NCBI RefSeq assembly: GCF_017874375.1
Contig: NZ_JAGGLK010000001.1
Coordinates: 566,150-598,149 of the forward strand
Direction: 5' to 3'
Length of the DNA stretch: 32,000 bases
DNA from: Methanohalophilus levihalophilus
GTDB lineage: Archaea; Halobacteriota; Methanosarcinia; Methanosarcinales; Methanosarcinaceae
A program made the position numbers and the translations under genes. Shown one piece after another: positions 25,301 through 32,000 of this stretch (position 1 is the first letter of the stretch; each line of letters begins with the position of its first letter). Under the pieces are notes generated by a model that saw only the letters and a program-made list of their open reading frames with translations, was not told the DNA's origin and made no database searches.

Positions 25301-26581
25301 TCAAAAGCCGAGTGCTTCATTGATTATTTCAAGTGTCTGGGTATAAAGAGATCTTATAGAAGTAATTTTCCCATATCCCGGAACAGGTGAATATATATCA
25401 GACTCTGTTGTAGCTGAAGAATTGGTTTCAGTAGTTTCAGTAACCACTTCAACTGAAGTATTGGCCACCTCTTCCGTATAAGTGCTATCATCAGTGCCAA
25501 AACCGGAATCGAAGATGAGTGATTTTGATTTCACTGTTTTGCTATATCCCTTAGAATCCGAGAATTCCGCAGTCACGGATGGTATGCTGACTGTATCTTT
25601 CATAGGAGTAAAAATACTATAACTAATTGATTCTTCATCAGAAGGAACAAGAACCTTTGAGAATTCCAGACTTCCAGCCGCCAGAGTTGTTTCCGGAGGC
25701 AATGTATCTACAATAGATGTATATGCTGCCCTGTCCCCCTCATTTGTAATGTTCACAGTAATATCTATCATATATCCCGAACCATCGGCCCTTACTGATC
25801 CAAGTTCCGCAGTTTTTGTCAGATTGATATACGGCCCATTAAATGTGAGATTGGTAGCATTTGTGGAAACTGTTCTGATTATACCAAATCGTTCAAGGCT
25901 TATTTCTGTAGGCTGGAGAGCATAAGTACCCGGTCGCAAAGCACGGACAGAGTAGTGATAATTGAATTTTTCATACGGATCAAGTTTTATGCTGGAATCC
26001 AAATCCACATCCGGATCAAATATTAAACCTTCAGGAAGAGTTTCAGCAATTGTAATATTATCGAAAGTTAATCCCTTGAGATTTGTAATCGATATCGTTA
26101 CATGAACACGCTGATCAATGTACATTTCATTTCCTGCAGTCCTTGACACCTGAAGTGTATCATTGATCCATGAAACAGGTCCTTTTTTTGTCTCATTTGC
26201 AATATATACTTCTATTTCGGCATACGGAGTTGGAATATCAGTCCCAGTTGTCACATTAAGCGCTTTTATTTTGAACTTGTCTTCTACCACCTTCAAAGAA
26301 GGAAAAACTGAATTATTAGCTCCAAGTACTGCACTCCATGAATTGGATTTATTGTCTTCTATTGAGAGTACAACATAATCAACTTCCGTATCAAATGGTT
26401 CGGACTGGGAAAAATCCGATGCCCTTATAAGATACCCACTAACATTGATTTCATCTCCCCAAAACAGAGTATGGTTTTCGGGATCCTCCCACGATCCATC
26501 ATCCTGGGCTGATGCCGGAATAGCCATGACCAGCAGGAGAGTCAGAAATATCAGCAGACTAAGAAGTTGAATCTTTTTCAT
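25301..26581 (-). CDS. secreted multi-domain envelope protein (DUF11/CARDB-like beta-sandwich repeats), no membrane anchor
   Basis: 426 aa from ATG 26581 (GGTGAT SD). Signal peptide: MKKIQLLSLLIFLTLLLVMAIPASA. Repeat-type segments include VTISITNLKGLTFDNITIAETLPEGLIFD and ITVNITNEGDRAAYTSIVDTLPPETTL. It carries many N-x-S/T sequons and a Thr/Ser-rich tail, with no C-terminal TM segment. Confidence 0.7.
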   Translation of the reverse strand: MKKIQLLSLLIFLTLLLVMAIPASAQDDGSWEDPENHTLFWGDEINVSGYLIRASDFSQSEPFDTEVDYVVLSIEDNKSNSWSAVLGANNSVFPSLKVVEDKFKIKALNVTTGTDIPTPYAEIEVYIANETKKGPVSWINDTLQVSRTAGNEMYIDQRVHVTISITNLKGLTFDNITIAETLPEGLIFDPDVDLDSSIKLDPYEKFNYHYSVRALRPGTYALQPTEISLERFGIIRTVSTNATNLTFNGPYINLTKTAELGSVRADGSGYMIDITVNITNEGDRAAYTSIVDTLPPETTLAAGSLEFSKVLVPSDEESISYSIFTPMKDTVSIPSVTAEFSDSKGYSKTVKSKSLIFDSGFGTDDSTYTEEVANTSVEVVTETTETNSSATTESDIYSPVPGYGKITSIRSLYTQTLEIINEALGF

Positions 26582-26591
26582 GGCGGCTTTA

Positions 26592-28202
26592 TCACCCACG
26601 TCGCTTGAAAATATATATCATACCGATCACAATTATACCTATCAAGGAGCTAAAGCCCGGTTCAACCTTATTATCATCAGCTGCTTCGCCAGGATTATCC
26701 GATTCCACAGGATCACCAAGAGTGAAAATTGGATCATTCTTACTGTCAGAATCCGAATTATCTGAGGAGGAAGATGATGAGTCAGATGAAGTACTTTCTG
26801 TGTTAGTTTGTGGTCCAACTAAAAGTGACAGAGAATTGGAAATTAGTTCCCCTTTATAGTTTTCCAGATCAATGAAGCTTCCTTCGGCAGGTGGAATCTG
26901 AAATGTACCGTTTTCAGTTGCTTCTACAACATAAGAGTAACTTGCTGATGCTCCATTATTAAGAACCTGATCAACAAATAAGCCTCCACTTACGAAAGTG
27001 AGGCCATCTGGTGGCTCAGAAGAGAAATAAACACTTGCATCCCTGTTACCAGTGTTTTTAACGGTTACTTTCACAGTTGAAGATTCCCCAATGGAAATAT
27101 CCGGATCAGTAATGGATTGGCTTACTTCTATAACCGGCCCGTCAATCTGGATTTCCGGTTGTTGTGATTTAGCGGTGTATGTTTCACCATCTGCCTCAAA
27201 GGTAGCTTCAGTAGCTGGCAATTTGTGCTTCCCGTCATTAATCGGTTTAAGGGAATATTCAAAAAGAACAACGGATTCATCGGGATCAAGGGAAAGATCT
27301 TCTTTGAGGACAATACTATCCAAAATTTCAAAACTGCTATGTAGGGTATCTTCGACATGAATATCAGAAATCGAGTACAGACCCCAGTTGCGAATAGAAA
27401 CAGTTATCCTGACATTATCTCCCATATAAGCTTCATCAACTGCTGATTTTGTTATCAGCAACTCAGATTTAGGTTTTATTGTAACCTTTTTAGCTTCTTC
27501 CTCTGTGTGAACGTCGTTGTTTATATCATAGCCTTCAACTGTAGCGGTGATGTCAATTTTAGTTTCTTCCCATAAATGCGGTATTTCAAGTTTGGTTACA
27601 AAAGTTTCACTTGTTTCATCTATCGCAAGATCTGTGATCGGATGAACAAGTTTTCCGTCTTTTAGTTCTGCTCCGGAAATTGTGAGAGTTAAATCTTCAG
27701 CCTCAGCATCACCAGTGTTTTTGACATATACAGTAACCTCAATTCCATCTACTCCGGCAGCGGTACGTGGATCATAAGTATCTTTGTTTGTTTCAATAGT
27801 TATGTCAAATTCGGGCAAACCTCGCTCAAACACCTGGATATTGGCAGTCGGATCCTGCATAGTCTCTGTCCATTCATCAATATCAAGATCAACTTCCTTT
27901 ATGAAAACCCGAATGTCATGACCATCTGCAACATCCCTGTATTCCAGAGAATCGCCTACCTGCATTGGAGCATGTTCTACCTCTACACCGTTCTTGTAGA
28001 GGGTTACATAAACAAAACCATCCTCGTCAAAATCGGCAGTTTCAATAGTGTATTCATCGTTTTTTGCAGTGTCTCCCCAGTGCATGGTTTTCGAATCAAT
28101 ACTGGAAACCCATTGAACATCATCAAGTTCATAGGCACTGGCAGAACAGGTCAAAAGAAGTGTCGTCATCATAATTAGTATGAGAAAAAATTGAGCGCGC
28201 AT
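26592..28202 (-). CDS. PGF-CTERM-anchored multi-domain surface protein (DUF11/CARDB-like repeats)
   Basis: 536 aa with a GAGGT SD. Signal peptide: MRAQFFLILIMMTTLLLTCSASA. Repeat segments include VTVYVKNTGDAEAEDLTLTI, ITVSIRNWGLYSISDIHVEDTL and VKVTVKNTGNRDASVYFSSEPPDGLTFV. A Ser/Asp-rich linker (STSSDSSSSSSDNSDSDS) precedes the C-terminus EPGFSSLIGIIVIGMIYIFKRRG, which is a PGF motif, a TM helix and a basic tail. Confidence 0.8.
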   Translation of the reverse strand: MRAQFFLILIMMTTLLLTCSASAYELDDVQWVSSIDSKTMHWGDTAKNDEYTIETADFDEDGFVYVTLYKNGVEVEHAPMQVGDSLEYRDVADGHDIRVFIKEVDLDIDEWTETMQDPTANIQVFERGLPEFDITIETNKDTYDPRTAAGVDGIEVTVYVKNTGDAEAEDLTLTISGAELKDGKLVHPITDLAIDETSETFVTKLEIPHLWEETKIDITATVEGYDINNDVHTEEEAKKVTIKPKSELLITKSAVDEAYMGDNVRITVSIRNWGLYSISDIHVEDTLHSSFEILDSIVLKEDLSLDPDESVVLFEYSLKPINDGKHKLPATEATFEADGETYTAKSQQPEIQIDGPVIEVSQSITDPDISIGESSTVKVTVKNTGNRDASVYFSSEPPDGLTFVSGGLFVDQVLNNGASASYSYVVEATENGTFQIPPAEGSFIDLENYKGELISNSLSLLVGPQTNTESTSSDSSSSSSDNSDSDSKNDPIFTLGDPVESDNPGEAADDNKVEPGFSSLIGIIVIGMIYIFKRRG

Positions 28203-28447
28203 AGGTATACCTCGTAATTTAGAATTGGATTTTCCCCTCTTATTCGTTTTTTATATAATAATAGAAAATCGTCTTTTTATAAATTTCTTTTTATCGGAAA
28301 ATTGCATCCAAAAACAAATCAAGCAAACCATAATTCCAATCCGCAGGACATCGATAAATATATATAACTTTCCTAGCTATGTTCCTTAGGCGTGCTCGCC
28401 TTATAGCTATATTTATAGAGATTTCTGTATCAAAATGAGGGTTCTAT

Positions 28448-29026
28448 ATGGAAGATATCATTAATGAAATTAAGGAACAGGACCCACAACTTTTTTCGCA
28501 GGTCGAAAAAATCATTCCTTTCCACGGATATTTGAGTTCCGGTGCATTTATCGGATTGAGAATGCTCAATATGGCCAAACGTATTCTTGAAGTTCAGGAT
28601 GGGGAACGTATTTACGCAGTCAGCGAGACCTACAATTGTGTACCTGATCCATTCCAGATTCTGGAAGGAGCAACCATAGGCAATAAAGGACTTCGCATAA
28701 AAGACTATGGCAAAATGGCTGTTACAGTCAACAAACGAGCTGAAAAAGGCGTAACATCAATGAAAGGTGTGAGGGTATACCTTGACCCTGAAAAGATGGA
28801 AGATTATCCTAAACTTCATGCCTGGTATATGAATACTGAAAAAGTGCCGCATGAAGAGGTCCTCCCTGAATTGTTAAAAGCTGGGGAAAGTGTTTACAGC
28901 TATGAAATGGTAGACATTGAAATTCCTCCACGAAAGAAAAAGAAAGTACGACTTTGTGAAAAGTGTGGTGAGAGCTTTGTCCAGTATGAAGATGAAGCGC
29001 TCTGTCCTGCATGTAACGATAACTAA
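28448..29026 (+). CDS. fmdE: formylmethanofuran dehydrogenase subunit E (FmdE/FwdE family) with a C-terminal zinc ribbon
   Basis: 192 aa. FmdE-domain pattern: FHGYLSSGAFIGLRM ... NCVPDPFQ. The C-terminal zinc ribbon is CEKCG...CPACN. It is the first gene of an E-F-A-C order, as in the Methanosarcina fmdEFACDB operon. Confidence 0.8.
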   Translation: MEDIINEIKEQDPQLFSQVEKIIPFHGYLSSGAFIGLRMLNMAKRILEVQDGERIYAVSETYNCVPDPFQILEGATIGNKGLRIKDYGKMAVTVNKRAEKGVTSMKGVRVYLDPEKMEDYPKLHAWYMNTEKVPHEEVLPELLKAGESVYSYEMVDIEIPPRKKKKVRLCEKCGESFVQYEDEALCPACNDN

Positions 29027-29040
29027 ACGGAGAATACAAG

Positions 29041-30066
29041 ATGAACGAAACCGTGATTTCAACCAAGGACAATAAACAGACCGTATACATTCCAGAGAAA
29101 TGTATCGGCTGTGGAACATGCGTCATGGTTTGTCCAAAGGATACATTGGTAATCGGATCTGTAGGTCCTGTTGCCCGTGGCCTCTTGGACAAGGATTTTT
29201 TAGATATCAGGCCAGATACCTGTATCACATGTGCAATGTGTGCAAAAGTCTGTCCAACCGGCGCATTAGAAATGAGAGAAGATGGAAAGCCAATAACCGA
29301 TGAAACATACATCAACGGCTCTATTAAACCCACTACTGTAAATGATGACTGTGTGCACTGTGGACTTTGCGAACAGATTTGCCCACAGGGTTGCATTGAA
29401 GTCGAACAGTGGCTTTCAAACGATAATGTTGCAAAAGTAGAAGGCCAGACTAACATTGACAATGATTGCTGCGTGCACTGTGGATGGTGTGCTTCAGTCT
29501 GTCCAACAAATGCAATTTCTGTTGAGAAACCTTTTGCAGGCACATGGGAACGTGCCGAAGATACATGTCAGGCCTGCCGCACCTGTGTGGATGTCTGCCC
29601 ATGCAATGCACTCTTCAATCCTGAATGGGAAGTTGGAGAACGTGTGGATAAAGTCGCACAGAGACCTGACGCATGTATATACTGTGGAGCGTGCGCAGTG
29701 TCCTGCCCTGTTAATGCAATTGATGTGAGGAAGACAGCCATTGTACCGGAAATGGCAAAGAAGAATGTCTTTGAGAAGAAACTTGTTGACAAGCCCTCTG
29801 CTACACCGGCACTCACATCCACTCTGGTTACAGACAGGGATGCATGCCTTGGTTGTGGCAACTGTGTAATCGTATGTCCGGTCAACTCAGAATCAGACGC
29901 TGCAATTGCAGCCGGTGCCCTCAACGACATTGATGATAAACCACTCCTGGAAGTAGAGAATGGTGCAATCAAAGTAATCGATCAGGAAGCTTGCGGATCA
30001 TGTGGCGCTTGCGCACTTATCTGCCCGACATCTGCAATCTGGCTCGAGAAAAGAGAGGTGGTATAA
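29041..30066 (+). CDS. fmdF: formylmethanofuran dehydrogenase subunit F, polyferredoxin with eight [4Fe-4S] motifs
   Basis: 341 aa. Eight CxxCxxCxxxCP motifs were counted by eye: CIGCGTCVMVCP, CITCAMCAKVCP, CVHCGLCEQICP, CVHCGWCASVCP, CQACRTCVDVCP, CIYCGACAVSCP, CLGCGNCVIVCP and CGSCGACALICP. Confidence 0.9.
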   Translation: MNETVISTKDNKQTVYIPEKCIGCGTCVMVCPKDTLVIGSVGPVARGLLDKDFLDIRPDTCITCAMCAKVCPTGALEMREDGKPITDETYINGSIKPTTVNDDCVHCGLCEQICPQGCIEVEQWLSNDNVAKVEGQTNIDNDCCVHCGWCASVCPTNAISVEKPFAGTWERAEDTCQACRTCVDVCPCNALFNPEWEVGERVDKVAQRPDACIYCGACAVSCPVNAIDVRKTAIVPEMAKKNVFEKKLVDKPSATPALTSTLVTDRDACLGCGNCVIVCPVNSESDAAIAAGALNDIDDKPLLEVENGAIKVIDQEACGSCGACALICPTSAIWLEKREVV

Positions 30067-30068
30067 AA

Positions 30069-31832
30069 ATGGCATCTGCACTTATAGTTAAGAATGGTTA
30101 TGTTTTCGACCCCCTCAACGAAATAAACGGGGAAATCAAGGATGTTTTCATCAAAGACGGAAAAATCGTTGCCGGTCTTTCCGATGCTGAGATGAAAGAC
30201 GCAAAGGTTGTAGATGCGACCGGTAAGACCGTAATGCCTGGTGGTGTGGATTCACACACACACATTGCAGGATCAAAGGTCAACTCCGGAAGACTCATGA
30301 GACCTGAAGACCACTACAAGTACAACAAAGCAAAAACCGATATTACCCACTCCGGATCCGGCGAAACAACCAAAACAGTCTATCTTGAAGGTTATGAATA
30401 CGCCCAGATGGGTTACACAACTGCTTTTGAAGCCGCTGTGCCGCCAATGAAAGCCAGGCACACCCACGAGGAAATGCGCTCTATCCCAATGCTGGATATG
30501 GGTGGCTACCTTGTATTGGGTAACAACTGGTTCATGATGAGGTACCTCAAAGAAGGTGACATGGAAAAGGCAGCTGCTTACATTGCATGGATGATGAAAG
30601 CGCATAAGACATATGGTATAAAATGTGTCAACCCTGCTGGTGTCGAGAACTGGGGTTGGGGTGAAAACATCAGTTCACTGGATGAAGCTAACATCCACTT
30701 TGAAGTAACCCCAAGGGAAATGATCAAAGGCCTTTGTGAGCTCAACGAAGAGCTTGGAATCCCAATGCCAATGCACTTGCACGCAAACAACCTTGGACAC
30801 CCCGGGTGCTATGAGACAACTCTCGAATCCCTGGCAATTCCATCCAAGATCAAAGCTAAACAGGATATTGGCGTTGATTGGGCAGAAACAAAGATCGATC
30901 CATCAAGGGATAAATCTGTTTACCTGACCCATATGCAGTTTAATGCATTTGCCGGTACATCCTGGAGAGACTTTGAATCCGGTGTCAAGCCACTTGCAGA
31001 CTACATCAACAAGAACGAGCATGTAGTCATTGACAGTGGCAGCGTACCGTTCGGAGAAGCAACCTGTATGACCGGTGATGGTCCTTCAATCCATGATGTA
31101 GCAGTACTGACAGGCGGCAAATGGTCAAACTGTGATGTCGATCTGGAATGTGGTTCCGGTGTTTGTCCGTTCACATACCTCAAGAGCAACCCCGTACACA
31201 GTGTCCAGTGGGCAATGGGTCTTGAATGCCTTTTGCTTATTGACAACCCATGGCAGGCAATCATGACAACCGACAGTCCAAACGGCGGTCCATTCACAAA
31301 ATACCCACTTATCATGACCTGGTTGATGTCCGAATCCTTCAGGGAGCAGACATTCAATGAATGTCATAAATGGGCAAACGACCGCAGTGAACTTGGCGGT
31401 GTTGACAGGGAAATGTCACTTTATGATCTTGCAATCCTCACACGTGCCAATCCTGCAAAGACCATTGGTATGGTCCACAGGAAGGGAAGCCTCGGAGTTG
31501 GCGCAGACGGTGATGTAACTGTCTACGACATTGACCCGACAAAGCTGGATGTCAATAACCACGAGGATCTTATCAGGAAATTCGGAAGTGTAGCATACAC
31601 AATCAAAGACGGCGAAATAGCCGTAAAGGATGGGGAAGTCGTTTCAATCCCAACACAGAGAACATTCTACAGTGACATTTCTGTTGATGATGCCGCTGAG
31701 AAAGACATGCTTGCGGATGTAAAAGAGTGGTTCAAGTACTACTCCATCGGATTCAACCACTATCCAACCCCTGATAAATACCTTACAAACCCAACCGCTG
31801 TCACGGTGAACACGAGACACATGTACAGGTAA
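30069..31832 (+). CDS. fmdA: formylmethanofuran dehydrogenase subunit A (amidohydrolase fold)
   Basis: 587 aa from ATG 30069 (GAGGTGG SD, 2 nt after the fmdF stop). The N-terminus MASALIVKNGYVFDP and the metal-binding GGVDSHTHIAG (HxH) motif are present, and length and order fit FmdA/FwdA. The 26-aa upstream extension in the ORF track overlaps fmdF and is rejected. Confidence 0.9.
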   Translation: MASALIVKNGYVFDPLNEINGEIKDVFIKDGKIVAGLSDAEMKDAKVVDATGKTVMPGGVDSHTHIAGSKVNSGRLMRPEDHYKYNKAKTDITHSGSGETTKTVYLEGYEYAQMGYTTAFEAAVPPMKARHTHEEMRSIPMLDMGGYLVLGNNWFMMRYLKEGDMEKAAAYIAWMMKAHKTYGIKCVNPAGVENWGWGENISSLDEANIHFEVTPREMIKGLCELNEELGIPMPMHLHANNLGHPGCYETTLESLAIPSKIKAKQDIGVDWAETKIDPSRDKSVYLTHMQFNAFAGTSWRDFESGVKPLADYINKNEHVVIDSGSVPFGEATCMTGDGPSIHDVAVLTGGKWSNCDVDLECGSGVCPFTYLKSNPVHSVQWAMGLECLLLIDNPWQAIMTTDSPNGGPFTKYPLIMTWLMSESFREQTFNECHKWANDRSELGGVDREMSLYDLAILTRANPAKTIGMVHRKGSLGVGADGDVTVYDIDPTKLDVNNHEDLIRKFGSVAYTIKDGEIAVKDGEVVSIPTQRTFYSDISVDDAAEKDMLADVKEWFKYYSIGFNHYPTPDKYLTNPTAVTVNTRHMYR

Positions 31833-31851
31833 ATGCGGAGAAGTGATTTGA

Positions 31852-32000
31852 ATGGCAGAGGTTATACTTACACTAAACAAAGAAATAGATCTTAAAGTTG
31901 AAGCAGACGTGATTACTCCTGATGAGTTTGCAGGCAAAGGAAATGCTGAAATAAAGCAGCTGCTTGTCTGGCAGGGTCCAACCCAATTCCCTCTTTCAGA
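31852..32000 (+). CDS. fmdC: formylmethanofuran dehydrogenase subunit C, N-terminal fragment (runs off the window end)
   Basis: Not in the ORF track because it is open-ended. Hand translation gives MAEVILTLNKEIDLKVEADVITPDEFAGKGNAEIKQLLVWQGPTQFPLS, which matches the remembered FwdC/FmdC N-terminus pattern (…EADVI(S/T)PD.FAGK…) and the expected gene order. Confidence 0.7.
   Translation, partial: MAEVILTLNKEIDLKVEADVITPDEFAGKGNAEIKQLLVWQGPTQFPLS

Noticed and set aside
26745-26800. Low-complexity GA/TC-rich stretch
   Set aside because: It encodes the Ser/Asp-rich linker preceding the PGF-CTERM signal and is not a tandem DNA repeat or CRISPR-like array.
29341-29484. 24-nt near-repeat (AATGAT...GTGCACTGTGGA) exactly 120 nt apart inside fmdF
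   Set aside because: It is explained by tandem ferredoxin modules (both encode ND.CVHCG.C), i.e. an internal domain duplication, and is not a regulatory or mobile repeat.
28809-29543. 244-aa minus-strand ORF opposite fmdE/fmdF
   Set aside because: It is the antisense frame of the Cys-codon-rich polyferredoxin gene. Eight perfect CxxCxxCxxxCP motifs on the + strand settle which strand is coding.
29991-30068. Upstream extension of the fmdA ORF
   Set aside because: It overlaps the end of fmdF in another frame. The ATG at 30069 has a GAGGTGG SD and gives the expected FmdA N-terminus.
1-32000. Search for CRISPR arrays, IS elements/transposases, integrases, toxin-antitoxin or known defence genes, and in-frame TAG (pyrrolysine) or TGA (selenocysteine) recoding
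   Set aside because: I found no spaced direct-repeat arrays, terminal inverted repeats or recombinase-like ORFs. The only RHH protein is explained by the cdrS-ftsZ context and has no toxin partner. No recognisable gene requires stop-codon read-through to be complete.

Overview
Gene-dense chromosomal segment of a methanogenic archaeon, most likely Methanosarcinales (GC about 40% by eye). This assignment is inferred from gene content: mch, an fmdE-F-A-C operon, an H4MPT-type dihydropteroate-synthase-like gene, the COG1900/NIL-ferredoxin/COG2122 sulfide-assimilation genes, and PGF-CTERM and PEF-CTERM surface proteins. I support 36 protein-coding genes and one tRNA-Ser(UGA). Three of the genes are absent from the supplied ORF track: a P-type ATPase running off the left edge, a 59-aa CxxC-x17-CxxC zinc-ribbon gene, and fmdC running off the right edge. 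I also call several hairpin/oligo-T terminators. I saw no CRISPR array, IS element, integrase or recognisable defence system, and most of the window is housekeeping. The observations most worth a second look are these. (1) A regularly spaced array of four TGTC/GACA palindromes in front of an RHH gene plus ftsZ (cdrS-ftsZ2-like) cell-division module. (2) A tightly packed minus-strand operon joining two paralogous secreted multi-domain envelope proteins, only one of which is PGF-CTERM anchored, to a DHH/DHHA1 phosphoesterase and an EngB GTPase. (3) A GC-rich, structured candidate ncRNA in an AT-rich 600-bp gap next to tRNA-Ser. (4) The unlisted zinc-ribbon gene, with a possible SD-sequestering leader, convergent with a DEAD-box helicase. 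(5) All three known sulfide-to-homocysteine factors fused into one operon. All functional calls come from reading motifs by eye; no database search was run.
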